A stretch of 64,000 nt of DNA from Acidobacteriota bacterium (GCA_022616615.1 JAKEER010000513.1:59300-123299); one strand, 5' to 3'; positions 42,160 through 52,577 are shown, numbered from the stretch's first letter. Notes: generated by a model not told the origin, from the letters alone. Translations and numbers: made by a program.

Positions 42160-42488
42160 CACGACGCATACCGGACGTGCGGCATTGCCGCGGAGATTTC
42201 ACAACGAATGGTGGAGGAAGCCTTCGACTACCCAAACGCACCGATCGTTCGGGTTATAGGGCTGGACGTGCCCATTCCTTCAGGGCCGCTGCATTTCAGC
42301 GCAGTTCCAGACAAAAACAGAATTATCAAAGCCATTCAGGACATGATGAGGTAAGCCAGAATGACCACAGACCTTTCCGTCGACCAACTCCTAGCGCGCT
42401 ACCACCTCATGGTTATGATTCGCGCTTTCGAAGAAAGTGCCATTGATCTATTCGCGAAGGGGCTGATCACCGGGTCTACCCACCCCTC
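42160..42488 (+). repeat. Right copy of 329-bp direct repeat (orphan E1-beta 3' fragment 42160-42354 plus start of intact E1-alpha)
   Basis: HDAYRTCGIAAEISQRMVEEAFDYPNAPIVRVIGLDVPIPSGPLHFSAVPDKNRIIKAIQDMMR* duplicates the E1-beta C-terminus. Confidence 0.92.
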
Positions 42489-43323
42489 GATAGGACAGGA
42501 GGCGATCGCGGTTGGCGCCTGTCTGGTCCTGGAACCATCGGACAAGATTCTCGCTACCTATCGAGGCCACGGTGAAGCGATAGCAAAGGGCAGCGATCCG
42601 AAGATTCTAATGGCTGAGCTGCTAACGAGAACAACTGGATGCTGCAAGGGACGCGGCGGGTCCATGCACCTATGTGATATTCAGAACGGAGTCTTAGGAA
42701 CGAATGCCATCGTTGCTGCTCACATTCCAATAGCAGGTGGAGTGGCTCTCGCCAACATGCTGCGAAAGAACCAACAGGTTACTCTCTGCTTCTTTGGAGA
42801 CGGAGCTAGTTGCGAAGGGGAGTTTTTTGAGTCCCTGAACATGGCCGCCTTGTGGAAACTGCCATTAGTGTTCATCTGTGAAAACAACGGCTATGCTATC
42901 TCAGTTCCAACTAAGCTCTCCCAGTCGACACCTGACATTTCCGACAGAGCCAAAGGATTCGGCATTCCGGTTCAAATCGTAGATGGAAACGACATTTTGG
43001 AAGTCCACGCAGCGGCCAAAGAGGCTATAACCCACGCGCGGAGCGACAAGGGACCGTTCATGATCGAGTGCAAGACGGTCCGATGGGAACGGCACAGCGC
43101 CTTTTCAGCCGGCAAGTATGCAAATCCAGAGGAAGCTCAACGTTGGAAGAAGGTGGATCCGATACCGCGGCTGGCAAAGGAGTTGTTGAACAGTGGTGTC
43201 ACTCCTGAAGAGCTTCAGGCTCAAGAAGCCTCCGCTCGCAGAGTAATCCTTGAAGCGGTCGAGTTCGCAATGCAGTCTCCCTTGCCTTCCTCCGAGACCC
43301 TATACCAAGGAGTATTCGCCTAG
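42361..43323 (+). CDS. 2-oxoacid/acetoin dehydrogenase E1 alpha subunit (ThDP-dependent)
   Basis: GQEAIAVG, TYRGHG, GRGGSMH, ThDP motif FFGDGA...ENNGYA. Confidence 0.93.
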   Translation: MTTDLSVDQLLARYHLMVMIRAFEESAIDLFAKGLITGSTHPSIGQEAIAVGACLVLEPSDKILATYRGHGEAIAKGSDPKILMAELLTRTTGCCKGRGGSMHLCDIQNGVLGTNAIVAAHIPIAGGVALANMLRKNQQVTLCFFGDGASCEGEFFESLNMAALWKLPLVFICENNGYAISVPTKLSQSTPDISDRAKGFGIPVQIVDGNDILEVHAAAKEAITHARSDKGPFMIECKTVRWERHSAFSAGKYANPEEAQRWKKVDPIPRLAKELLNSGVTPEELQAQEASARRVILEAVEFAMQSPLPSSETLYQGVFA

Positions 43324-43577
43324 ACTAGCTAAGCTAGCTTAGCTAAGCTAGAGGACTGCCAGGCCCCAGGCGGTCGAACCTGTATCTTAAGAACGCATCG
43401 TGGCCCTGGGTGAACTCGTCTGGTTTCTGTAGACGATCTTACTACTCAGGATTCCGCCCTTCCTTTCGTAATGCAAAAGCAGCGCAGATACTGGTCCCGT
43501 ACTGATCACTGTCTGCGCGATCCTAGCCGGCATAGAACCAACCATTGCCTCTCAAGGAGGTTTTCAACGCGACAAGC

Positions 43578-44825
43578 ATGAACGAGCCCAATGAACGAAT
43601 CCGAGAGACTAGTTCGGTGATTGTGTCGGTATCTCATCGGCTGAGTGCTTGTCCGTCCACAGGCATTGACCGGGTATTGGCACTGTTGCTGGCAGTGCTG
43701 ATGGCTTATTGCGTACTTGGGGAGAAAGCTCTGTCCAAAGCACAGGAGAAGTTGCCGAAGAAGCCCAGGATTCTGTCTCGGACCAAAGTCTTCATCCACC
43801 CAGCCTCCGATATCAAAGACCCTGCCAACAGGAACGGTTTCAACCACGCTCCGAGTGTGACCCTTCTGCCGGACGGTCGCTTATTAGCAGTTTGGTTTTC
43901 CGGACCCTTCGAGGGATCATTGCGTCAATCGCTGATGGGATCCTATTCCTCCGATCACGGCTTCACATGGACAGCAGCACGAGTCGTGCAAGACTTCGGC
44001 GGCGGTTCTGATTTTGACCCGGCGTTCATCAGGAGCGGCAGCCGGAGCTTTCTTTTCTTCTCGGCGGGCATCAAGAAAGTCGCTGCCTGGGAGGAGATCC
44101 TCTATAAGCAGGTTAGTCCAAATGCCGAGGTAGGGGACAGCTCCATGAAAGTCTACAGCCGTTATACCGATGACTCGGGTCGAAACTGGTCCGATGCAGT
44201 AGTTGTTTATGGTGAGACGTCACACACCAGTCGAAGTAATGGCATCGAGCTCTCGACGGGTGAACTTCTTCTGCCAGTGCACCGACTTGGAACCAAGGCG
44301 GGCGGCGTGTTGAAGTCAGTCGATAAAGGTAGGACCTGGAAGCGTTTTGGCGTGATCGCGACACCCGCAGGCCAAGGAGGAGAGCCCTCAGTTGTGGAGT
44401 TGAAATCAGGGCGGATCATGATGGTGCTGCGCACGACGGACGGCTACCTTTGGCGTGCGTTTTCAGGGGACAAGGGAAAAACCTGGATGCTTCCAGAGAA
44501 CACCGGCATGCGAGCGGGAGCGACCTCACATAGTCTTTTCAGGATGAAGGATGGGAGACTGGTTCTAACGCACAATCCTTCGACTCCGCCTCTGCGAACA
44601 CCTCTGACACTGAGGCTATCTTCGGATGATGGGAACTCGTGGGGTGAGCCGGTAACGTTGGCTGAGGTCGCCCTTCCGATTACGGGCCGCACTCACCAAG
44701 TCGCCTATCCCTCGCTTGCGGAATTGCCAGGCAAGATGTTGGTTGTGGTCTGGACCGAAATCTTCAGTCCTGATGAAGATCATGCCTATGGTGACATCCA
44801 TTCAGCCCGACTTCAGGTTAACTGA
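43578..44825 (+). CDS. Sialidase-like BNR/Asp-box (BNR_2) protein
   Basis: Asp boxes SSDHGFTW, TDDSGRNW, SVDKGRTW, SGDKGKTW, SSDDGNSW, plus AYP. Start codon uncertain. Confidence 0.85.
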   Translation: MNEPNERIRETSSVIVSVSHRLSACPSTGIDRVLALLLAVLMAYCVLGEKALSKAQEKLPKKPRILSRTKVFIHPASDIKDPANRNGFNHAPSVTLLPDGRLLAVWFSGPFEGSLRQSLMGSYSSDHGFTWTAARVVQDFGGGSDFDPAFIRSGSRSFLFFSAGIKKVAAWEEILYKQVSPNAEVGDSSMKVYSRYTDDSGRNWSDAVVVYGETSHTSRSNGIELSTGELLLPVHRLGTKAGGVLKSVDKGRTWKRFGVIATPAGQGGEPSVVELKSGRIMMVLRTTDGYLWRAFSGDKGKTWMLPENTGMRAGATSHSLFRMKDGRLVLTHNPSTPPLRTPLTLRLSSDDGNSWGEPVTLAEVALPITGRTHQVAYPSLAELPGKMLVVVWTEIFSPDEDHAYGDIHSARLQVN

Positions 44826-45804
44826 CCGATGGTGCATTAAAGGATGTCACTCATCCACTCATCCTGCTGTGGTCTCGTTTGTGTGGGGTATGCTTGGCGG
44901 TCTCATAGCTCTCGTTCTTTTGGGCCAAGATAGGGGGTTTGGACGGTTTCCAGGGAGCGCTGCCGAATCCGCAAGCTACTTTTCGCCTAAGTCATGGACC
45001 AAGAAATCACTTGGTACTGGATCGTCATTGATGTCGATCAATTCCTTGCAAGGCATGGTCGTGCAACCTCAGAACATGTCGGACAGTCCGGGTAGGGTTT
45101 CTGGGAGGACTACCACTCAAAAGACTGGTCACCGTCCCTTGGACGTTGACAGGAACAATGGCATTGGAACCAGTGATGAGCGGCAATTAGTCCGGATCAG
45201 TCGCATCAGCTCTGCAGGGCGTGGGTTCTCTTCGATTGCGCTTGCATTCAGCTTCGGCGACATGCCGACGGCGTGCGTTTTACCTGGAATACCGTGCCGC
45301 TGATGGAATTCCCACTTTGGCGAAGAGCCGATCGATACGGGGCTTTGGCGGGTTTTCTTAAAGCTATGACAGCCGTTTTGGAGCTCAAGGTTTACTCGAA
45401 CGGTCGGGCGATGCGGGCCTGTCACACACCATTGCCCTCGTCATTATCTACCGGTCTGCTCGCTGGAATCGTCGCCAGTTATCTAACCTGCACCGAACCA
45501 GAAGAACAGTTGAATCGGATTCGTGCTCACGACTGAGAAATATGACGATGTAGCGTACCTTTTGAGTCTTTTCTATACGAGGGTGACGGGCAATTCCGCC
45601 CTTTTCAGGGCTAGTCAATTATCGAAGATCGATGGGTTGTCCGGAGGTGGCGGTAGGAGACCCAAACATAACCCTAAGCGGGAGCCCTCCTTCTCATCCT
45701 ACTAATGGACGAAATCGAGGGCTCATTATAAAGGTTGGCAGAAATCGCAATCGATCTGGTTGGATAGCGGCGGATCCTCGGCTTCCCGTCCGGATTTCTG
45801 AAGT

Positions 45805-47130
45805 TTAGAGCACTTCCGCCACGGGCTCGCCCGTGTGGTCTTCTACCGAGTTAGCGATTTTAACCGGTCGGCCGATGGGGTGCATGTACTCTTTGTGCCA
45901 GTCGATCCCAAAGGCTTTGTAAACCGTGGCGAACAAGTCGCCAATGGTCACTCGTCGCCCATCGACCAGGTAGCCCCCCTTTTCATCGCTGGCTCCAACC
46001 ACTTGGCCTCCGCGAATCCCGCCTCCTCCGAGAGCGATCGACCAGCAGGGAGACCAGTGATCGCGCCCACCGTCCGGGTTGTGATAAGGAGTGCGGCCGA
46101 ATTCTCCCATGACCAGCACGAGGGTGGACTTCAGAAGGCCTCGTTGCTCTAGATCCTCGAGCAGTGCACATAGAGCCTGGTCCAGCAGCGGTACCAGCCG
46201 ATCCCTGTGCAGTCGGTCATTATTGGCGTGCGTGTCCCAGGCGTTGCCTCCAAAACCGGATGCCGTCACAAAGCGGCTGCCCGCTTCGACGAGGCGGCGG
46301 GCCAGCAAAACACTCTGCCCGAATCCATGCCGTCCGTAGGTGTCTTTGGTCTTGTCCGATTCTTTGGAAAGATCGAACGCTTCGCGGACCACCGGAGACA
46401 AAATCATGTTTTGTGCCTGCTGAACGAAGGGATCTCCTCCTCCATGCTCGGCGATTTTGGATTTCGCGCGGTACTGTTGGTCAACGAAATTCAAGAGAGA
46501 GCGGCGGTCTTCCAGTCGCTCCATGGTCATCCCCTTGGGCAAACTCAGGTCCGGAAGCTTGAAATCCTTAGCGCTTGGATCGGGCACGACCAAGGGGTCG
46601 TATTCAGGTCCTAGAAAGGCTGCCTTGCCAAACTTCCGGTCGTTGGTCAACACATAAGGTGGTACGGCATTGCGCGGACCCATCTCCTTGGCAATGACGG
46701 ATGCGAAGCTGGGAAACTCCATGGCCGGATTGGGTCGATGGCCGGTGAAAGCGTAGTTAATGGCCTGAGGATGCATATTTTCCTCTGTGAACATCGTCCG
46801 GATGATCGACAGCTTGTCCATTTTCTTGGACACCCGGGGTAGCAACTCCGAAACCTGAATGCCGGCAACATTAGTGGAAATGGGCCTGAACGGACTGTTG
46901 GGCTTCGGATCCCAAGTATCCATCTGACTGGGACCACCCTCCAGCCAGAGCAGGATGCAGGCCTGCGCTTTAGCCTTCGACGCGGTAGCCCCCGGCACAG
47001 CCGCCATTAGATCACTGGCACGCAGGTACTGGTCCAAGCTGATTCCCAATAGACTCAAGGAGCCAACGCGCAGAAAATCACGTCGTCGCAAGCCTTCCTC
47101 GCTACAGGTCAGACATCCAACTTTCTTCAT
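45805..47130 (-). CDS. DUF1501 family protein
   Basis: RRRDFLRVG, ACILLWLEGGPSQMDTWDPKP, LLARRLVEAGSRFV, GEFGRTP, GRDHW. Confidence 0.93.
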   Translation of the reverse strand: MKKVGCLTCSEEGLRRRDFLRVGSLSLLGISLDQYLRASDLMAAVPGATASKAKAQACILLWLEGGPSQMDTWDPKPNSPFRPISTNVAGIQVSELLPRVSKKMDKLSIIRTMFTEENMHPQAINYAFTGHRPNPAMEFPSFASVIAKEMGPRNAVPPYVLTNDRKFGKAAFLGPEYDPLVVPDPSAKDFKLPDLSLPKGMTMERLEDRRSLLNFVDQQYRAKSKIAEHGGGDPFVQQAQNMILSPVVREAFDLSKESDKTKDTYGRHGFGQSVLLARRLVEAGSRFVTASGFGGNAWDTHANNDRLHRDRLVPLLDQALCALLEDLEQRGLLKSTLVLVMGEFGRTPYHNPDGGRDHWSPCWSIALGGGGIRGGQVVGASDEKGGYLVDGRRVTIGDLFATVYKAFGIDWHKEYMHPIGRPVKIANSVEDHTGEPVAEVL

Positions 47131-47164
47131 GATTCCATCCTCCTGATCAGAGGGGTCTACGTTT

Positions 47165-49825
47165 TCAGCTGGTCAAAAATTCCTGGGAATTCAGGAGCGC
47201 CCAGAGCAGATCTTCCACCACTTGTCGGCGCGATTTCCCCTTATTCTCGTCGGCCAGCAGGGCCGACTCCAATCCCGTCATTTCTTCCTTCGACGGCAAT
47301 CGTGAAACCGCCGCCAGATAGAATTCTTCAATAATCTGCCGATTCGAGGCGCCACTCTTGAGCAGTCGGCCGATGCGACCTCCCTCCCTGGTGAGCTTCT
47401 CCGTAAAGGTAACTCCGACCAATCGGTGTAGCGCCTGCCGAAGATTGGGTTCTGCGTTGCGGTCAGGCAACTGCTCGCGCGTAGGCCGCCCGTAAATGTC
47501 CAGAAACTGAGAAGCATACAGATCCGGCGCCTTCAAATTAATGGCCCGCGTTCCTGCGGGTGCCTGCCCTCCGCCAGACTGAAAGATTTCGGGGATTTCG
47601 GTCACCTGAGAAATAGCGTCCAGGAGAATTTCCGCATCGAGCTGGCGAGGCCTCCTACGAGAAAAATTGCTCCGGTCCTCTGCGTTGGTCTCATTGGGCA
47701 CACTGGAAAGCTGGTACGTGCGCGAGTGCACGATCCGTCGAATCAGCTGTTTCAAATCATATCTCTGCCTTTGGAAGTCTTGCGCCAGGACTTTCAACAA
47801 CTCGGGGTGAGTCGGCGGATTCGTGGAACGAAAATCATCCACCGGGTCGACGATCCCTCTCCCAAAAAAATAGCTCCACATGCGGTTGACCGCCGTCTCG
47901 GCAAACTCCGGCTGGGCGGTCATCCATTGACCCAAAGCAAGGCGAGGATCCTTGCGTTGTGAGACAGGCAATACCGTCCCGTCGAGAAATGTTGGCTCGA
48001 CTTCCTTCTTGGTGCGCGGATGGACGATTTTCCCCATATCTGCGAGTCGCCAGAATCCATTGCGATCGTCCGCCACGATGAAGTCTCCATCATTAGCCAC
48101 GTTCAGGAACCAGAAAAAGGTCAGCCGTCGGAAGAAAGCTGTCATGCCCCAGAACTGGTCCTGTGACCAGTTCTCGAAGGGATGATTGTGACACTGAGCA
48201 CAATCTATCCGCCTGCCCAGAAACACTCGCACCTCTTCAGCCGCTGCATCCGGCGGCAAACGTGGCAGCAGCGCTTCCTGCATGTAATGCTTGGCCGCCG
48301 CGTCATAGCCCTGGGCCGCGATTCGCTCGCGGGCAATCTGATCATAAGGCTTGTTCTCCGCAATATTTCTATTCAACCACTCCCAATAGAACTGGCTGTC
48401 TTTGGTGCTTCCATTGGTTTGCGAGGCTATCCGAAAAAGGTCGGCAAAACGGAAGGTCCAGTAGTCCACATACTGGGGAGACGACAGCAGCTTCTCCAGC
48501 AGCTTCTCTCGCTTGTTGGGTTCCTGGTCGGCCAGAAACTCGCCTACTCGGCTTGCGGGCGGCAACAGGCCCGTCACATCCAGGCAAACTCGCCTCAAAA
48601 ACTCTGCGTCGCTCGCAAGCTCGGAAGGCAATACTTGAAACCTACGCAGCTTGGCAAAGATAATCTCATCAATGAAGTTCTTGGTCTCAATTTTCGGGTA
48701 ATTGACAATGCGTTCCGAGATGACGCCGAAGCTGGCACTCACATTGTATCCGGGAGCTCGGATCAGTACGGCCGTCTCACCTGTTTTAACAGCCTCCACC
48801 AAACCCTCCGATGAGACCTTCACGACTTCCGGATTGTTCGAAACATACAGCACCTGGTCGGTGATATCTTCCCAACGTCCGTTGGACAGATGCGCCGTGA
48901 CTAGCAACTGTCGGCGTCCGGCAGAATCGAGAACCGTCTCCCGCGGCCACACCTCCACCCGCTCGATGCGTTCGGCTCCCTCGTTTTCCTCTCCATAGGG
49001 TGCCCCACTGAGAATCCACGCCATCAACGTTTGATACTCCGTCGAGCCAACCCCAAATCGCTCGCCCCCTCCGTGTGGCACACTGAAGGTAGGCTTTAGC
49101 AAGAGCAAGCTCTTTTGCGGCTCCTTCAAATCGATTCGTGGAATCTTCGGTCCGGAAGACTCAGTCGCGAAGACGTGGTACGTCCCTCCTTCCGAGATCC
49201 ATTGGTAGTCCTCGCGCGGGTACACGCCATTAAGGGAGAGCTTGAATCCGCCACTTCCCTTGACACCGCCGTGGCAGTTACTTCCATTGCAGCCCCGCCT
49301 GGTAAAGATCGTCTCGACTTCACGGCGGAAGGTTGGCTGCCTTTCCTTCGCAGCATCCTCAACATGGATCGTTGTTTCAGCGCGGTACCCTTCCAGTTCC
49401 GCATTCAAAATCGTTGTGCCATTGGCCCGGGCCGTAACTCGACTTCCTGCGATCTGCGCCACTTGAGGATTTGCCAAAGAGATACGGCTCGCGGCCGTCA
49501 CATCTTGTTCCATACTATCGGAATACTTCCCGATGACCACAAAGCGCTGCGCACCACGTGCCCCCCACAGCGTCACCTTTTCCGGAACCAGCCGCAAAGA
49601 CAGCAAGGAACCTGCTCTGTCATTTCCAGTCGCAGCGGAGCTCAGAGAAGCGGCCTGTTGCGATTTGTCACCATCGACTCTTCCGCGACCTCCTGTCGCC
49701 TGACCGACAGCCAAACACAGAAGGTCGAAACTCAACACCCCGGTGACAGCTAATCCGAATATGCAAAGCATGTGACATACGGATTTCACTACGCCTGCTT
49801 CAGTCACTAGAGTTCTTGGGTCCAT
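47165..49825 (-). CDS. DUF1549/DUF1553 protein with Ig-like (Big_2) domains
   Basis: GCNGSNCHG, GGFKLSL, FLRRVCLDVTGLLP, CAQCHNHPFE, VNRMWSYFFGRGIVDPVDD, LWALLNSQEF. Confidence 0.92.
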   Translation of the reverse strand: MDPRTLVTEAGVVKSVCHMLCIFGLAVTGVLSFDLLCLAVGQATGGRGRVDGDKSQQAASLSSAATGNDRAGSLLSLRLVPEKVTLWGARGAQRFVVIGKYSDSMEQDVTAASRISLANPQVAQIAGSRVTARANGTTILNAELEGYRAETTIHVEDAAKERQPTFRREVETIFTRRGCNGSNCHGGVKGSGGFKLSLNGVYPREDYQWISEGGTYHVFATESSGPKIPRIDLKEPQKSLLLLKPTFSVPHGGGERFGVGSTEYQTLMAWILSGAPYGEENEGAERIERVEVWPRETVLDSAGRRQLLVTAHLSNGRWEDITDQVLYVSNNPEVVKVSSEGLVEAVKTGETAVLIRAPGYNVSASFGVISERIVNYPKIETKNFIDEIIFAKLRRFQVLPSELASDAEFLRRVCLDVTGLLPPASRVGEFLADQEPNKREKLLEKLLSSPQYVDYWTFRFADLFRIASQTNGSTKDSQFYWEWLNRNIAENKPYDQIARERIAAQGYDAAAKHYMQEALLPRLPPDAAAEEVRVFLGRRIDCAQCHNHPFENWSQDQFWGMTAFFRRLTFFWFLNVANDGDFIVADDRNGFWRLADMGKIVHPRTKKEVEPTFLDGTVLPVSQRKDPRLALGQWMTAQPEFAETAVNRMWSYFFGRGIVDPVDDFRSTNPPTHPELLKVLAQDFQRQRYDLKQLIRRIVHSRTYQLSSVPNETNAEDRSNFSRRRPRQLDAEILLDAISQVTEIPEIFQSGGGQAPAGTRAINLKAPDLYASQFLDIYGRPTREQLPDRNAEPNLRQALHRLVGVTFTEKLTREGGRIGRLLKSGASNRQIIEEFYLAAVSRLPSKEEMTGLESALLADENKGKSRRQVVEDLLWALLNSQEFLTS

Positions 49826-49868
49826 GGGCCTTTGACTCCCGATCAAACGAACAGCTTAGTCTGGCGTT

Positions 49869-51860
49869 TCAGCTCTCATCTCCCGAAGGCTTATTGGCGC
49901 GGTCTTCCTTTACCTCATGGCTGGCCGGTTCGTCCGGTTTCACGACCATCATAGGAAACTCCTGTACGGGCAACGCAGCACCGAGTATCCCGCCGACCAC
50001 CGGCTTGGCCGTAAGCCGCACCATGTGCGGAACGCGGGTGACAGGCGCATCCGGGGCCGCGACAAACAAGACGGTAACCTCCTGCTGAGCAGGGCGGTAC
50101 AGCTCCTTTTTACCTTCATCTAGGATGGCTGGTCTTTCCGGCTGGATCCCGGTAGCGGGGAACACTGCGACCCCAGGCGGTAGGCCTTCGAAATTGAGAG
50201 CGATCTCGCCATTGAAGCCTTCCTCCTGCTCGGTCAAAACGACGATCTTCTTGACTCCCCCAGCCACGAGATTGAGATGCTGCACCTCCGGCCCGTCCGT
50301 AATCGATCCGTCAAAGGTCCGCGCAAAAGAGGAAGCCACATCGATTCTCCCAACATGGGGAATTTGCGGTCGGACCGAGATGCGATAGCGAAAGTCGGGG
50401 CCACCATTTCGAGAGGTCACGTCCTCAACCTCTAACCGATATTCCCCACCGTGTTCAAAGTTGAAAATGACCTTGGAACGAATGACATTTGCCTTATACT
50501 CCCCACTCCCATAGGCGTAAACGTAAACATTGTTAAAAACTTCCTGATCGGATTCATCGAAAACTCCCACCCGCGGCGTAAAGAACGGGCCCGGCCTCTG
50601 CGGCGTCTGAATCTCGAAAGCCAGCCGCGTCCCATTTTTGACTTGGAACCTGAGCTTATCCACGTCCCCCGGCTGCTCAATCGTTCCCTCAATAAGGGCG
50701 GGGACTGCGATTTTCGGGACTTGTTTTGCTTCCCCCACCTCGTCATGCGACACCAATACCATTTCGGCGGTTGATTCTGCGGCAAGACCTTTGCCCTTTC
50801 CAGGTCCATTGCTTGTGGTTGTGGGGCCTTCACCGGTCGAGGCGACTCCCTGCGCCTCACGCCTCTCCGAGGGCTTCTCCAGCGGAACCACGACGGTCCT
50901 TGCCCTGAGTGCCTTCAGCCGATCGAGACCCAATTCGCGCGCGAAGTCACGTTCCTCCCAAGGTCCCTCAACTGGATGGGCCAGCGTGGCAGCCGCCAAA
51001 GAAAAATTACGCTGGGTGGCCGGCACAACCCGCAGTTGATAAGAGCAATCCGCACTGCCCTGTCCGAGAAAGGCGCCCACTTGAATGAGGAAGCGCCCCT
51101 TGCGCTCAAAACGGTATGTGAGACTAGGGTTCAGCTTCTTGGAGGCTCGGTTCGGCTCGTCGTTAAAGGCCAGCCGCCTGAGATCCAGCGAGCTAAACCA
51201 AGTTCCAGACGGTTCCCAGAGGGACAGCTGTGGATCAAAGCCACTCACATTGAGAATCTCAAAAAAAAGTTCCTGACCCTGCTGCGCCTCAAAGAAATAG
51301 GTGTCCACTTCTCCAGGCTTCCCGATTTTTCCACTGACCGCGACCGGGCCGGCCGGCAGACGCCGTGCCGCTAACGCCGCATCCTCCGGCAGGTCCTTTT
51401 CGAAGGTAAGCGGCTCCTCATGAACGACAAAAGATGAGGTATTGGAAACACCCCCCGGGGAAACGACTCGCAAGGAGTGACTCCCAATGCGAGCGTCCGC
51501 AGCCACTGCCAGTTCTACCACGGCACGGGACACGGTTCCTGCATTTACTGCCTCGCTACGCCTTGCCGGCTTAATGTCCTCGTCCCCGATCGGCTCAATT
51601 GTCTTGACTTCAGCTGTAATCGATGAGCAATCGACCAAGATGGCATAAGCCTCTTCGAGGCTGCGCCCCCGAACCTCAACCTGTAAACGTGCGCCGCGCG
51701 CCGCACCCAAGGGAGACAGAGAAAGGATTTGCGGTTCTGGCCTCGCCGTTGGTGCGGCCCGACCTGCTCCCGTCGATTCATTCTCGGCTGCAACCAACCG
51801 GTCGACAGCCATGAATACCGATGAGTAAAATACGAACGCCAACATCCAATGCAGCTTCAT
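49869..51860 (-). CDS. Pre-peptidase C-terminal (PPC) domain protein of the DUF1501/DUF1553 module
   Basis: PLGAARG...GRSL, GGVSN, G.I.KPGEVDTY.F, GDVDKLRF, GGPDFRYRI. Confidence 0.8.
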   Translation of the reverse strand: MKLHWMLAFVFYSSVFMAVDRLVAAENESTGAGRAAPTARPEPQILSLSPLGAARGARLQVEVRGRSLEEAYAILVDCSSITAEVKTIEPIGDEDIKPARRSEAVNAGTVSRAVVELAVAADARIGSHSLRVVSPGGVSNTSSFVVHEEPLTFEKDLPEDAALAARRLPAGPVAVSGKIGKPGEVDTYFFEAQQGQELFFEILNVSGFDPQLSLWEPSGTWFSSLDLRRLAFNDEPNRASKKLNPSLTYRFERKGRFLIQVGAFLGQGSADCSYQLRVVPATQRNFSLAAATLAHPVEGPWEERDFARELGLDRLKALRARTVVVPLEKPSERREAQGVASTGEGPTTTSNGPGKGKGLAAESTAEMVLVSHDEVGEAKQVPKIAVPALIEGTIEQPGDVDKLRFQVKNGTRLAFEIQTPQRPGPFFTPRVGVFDESDQEVFNNVYVYAYGSGEYKANVIRSKVIFNFEHGGEYRLEVEDVTSRNGGPDFRYRISVRPQIPHVGRIDVASSFARTFDGSITDGPEVQHLNLVAGGVKKIVVLTEQEEGFNGEIALNFEGLPPGVAVFPATGIQPERPAILDEGKKELYRPAQQEVTVLFVAAPDAPVTRVPHMVRLTAKPVVGGILGAALPVQEFPMMVVKPDEPASHEVKEDRANKPSGDES

Positions 51861-51928
51861 AGGCGCGCATCCCAAATATTCGCCCACACCCCGGAGAATC
51901 AATCACTTAATGGAAGGCCCGAGAGGTT

Positions 51929-52028
51929 GCTAGTCAGAGCCAAATGATTTCCTTTTGGTCTCGTGTGCATGCCAAACCTTACTTCGATGAAATGATTCTT
52001 GTCAAGAAAAGATATTCCTTATAAGAGA
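51929..52028 (-). promoter_or_regulatory. Leftward promoter with shared operator (copy 2) and conserved leader
   Basis: Reverse complement reads TCTCTTATAAGGAAT, 8 nt, TTGACA, 18 nt, TAAGGT. Inverted near-copy of 52392-52492. Confidence 0.7.
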
Positions 52029-52391
52029 CGAGTCTAGTCGATTCCTGACGCACGGTTTTCCCCAGTTCGAAATCTCCACTGCGGTGCAGAGTGCAAAGAT
52101 TCGACATGGCTTGGGCACCCGGATCAGACCAAGGCCAAACGTCTTCCTGTGGAGATCAGAGCAATGTCTAAAAGCGCATCAGGATAGCCCCTCGTCTTGC
52201 GATGCAAGGCAAGTCATAACGTCCACTGGTTATTCTCCTGAAGCCCAGTATCTTCTCGAAGAATTCTGGCGGCGTGCCGTCCCAGCTTTTCCGTCAGTGC
52301 GGCTCACAAGGGCGAAACTACCAATATGTTGGCGACGCGGGCTTGTTCGACCCAGAGGTCTCAGAAGAGCTTTGTCCTCTTAACTGATGGA

Positions 52392-52492
52392 TTACTTATA
52401 GTGAACATTTTTTCTTGACAAGAATCATTTTTCGAAATAGGTTTTTGCCATCCACACGGGACCAAAAGCAAATCACCTGATTCTCCGACTAG
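52392..52492 (+). promoter_or_regulatory. Rightward promoter with shared operator (copy 3) and conserved leader
   Basis: TTACTTATAGTGAAC 52392-52406, 8 nt, TTGACA 52415-52420, 17 nt, TAGGTT 52438-52443. Confidence 0.7.
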
Positions 52493-52577
52493 GATTCAAC
52501 ACTGTACGAATTGTGATGAACTTAGAAGCTGCTGAATGGTCTCCTCTGAAGCATCTTGAAAACTCAAGGAGGGAACT

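Noticed and set aside
44826-45800. Short ORFs in the gap after the sialidase-like gene (also 7064-7760, 20900-21480, 21900-22480)
   Set aside because: No recognisable motifs or RBS. They may be eroded gene remnants but cannot be supported.
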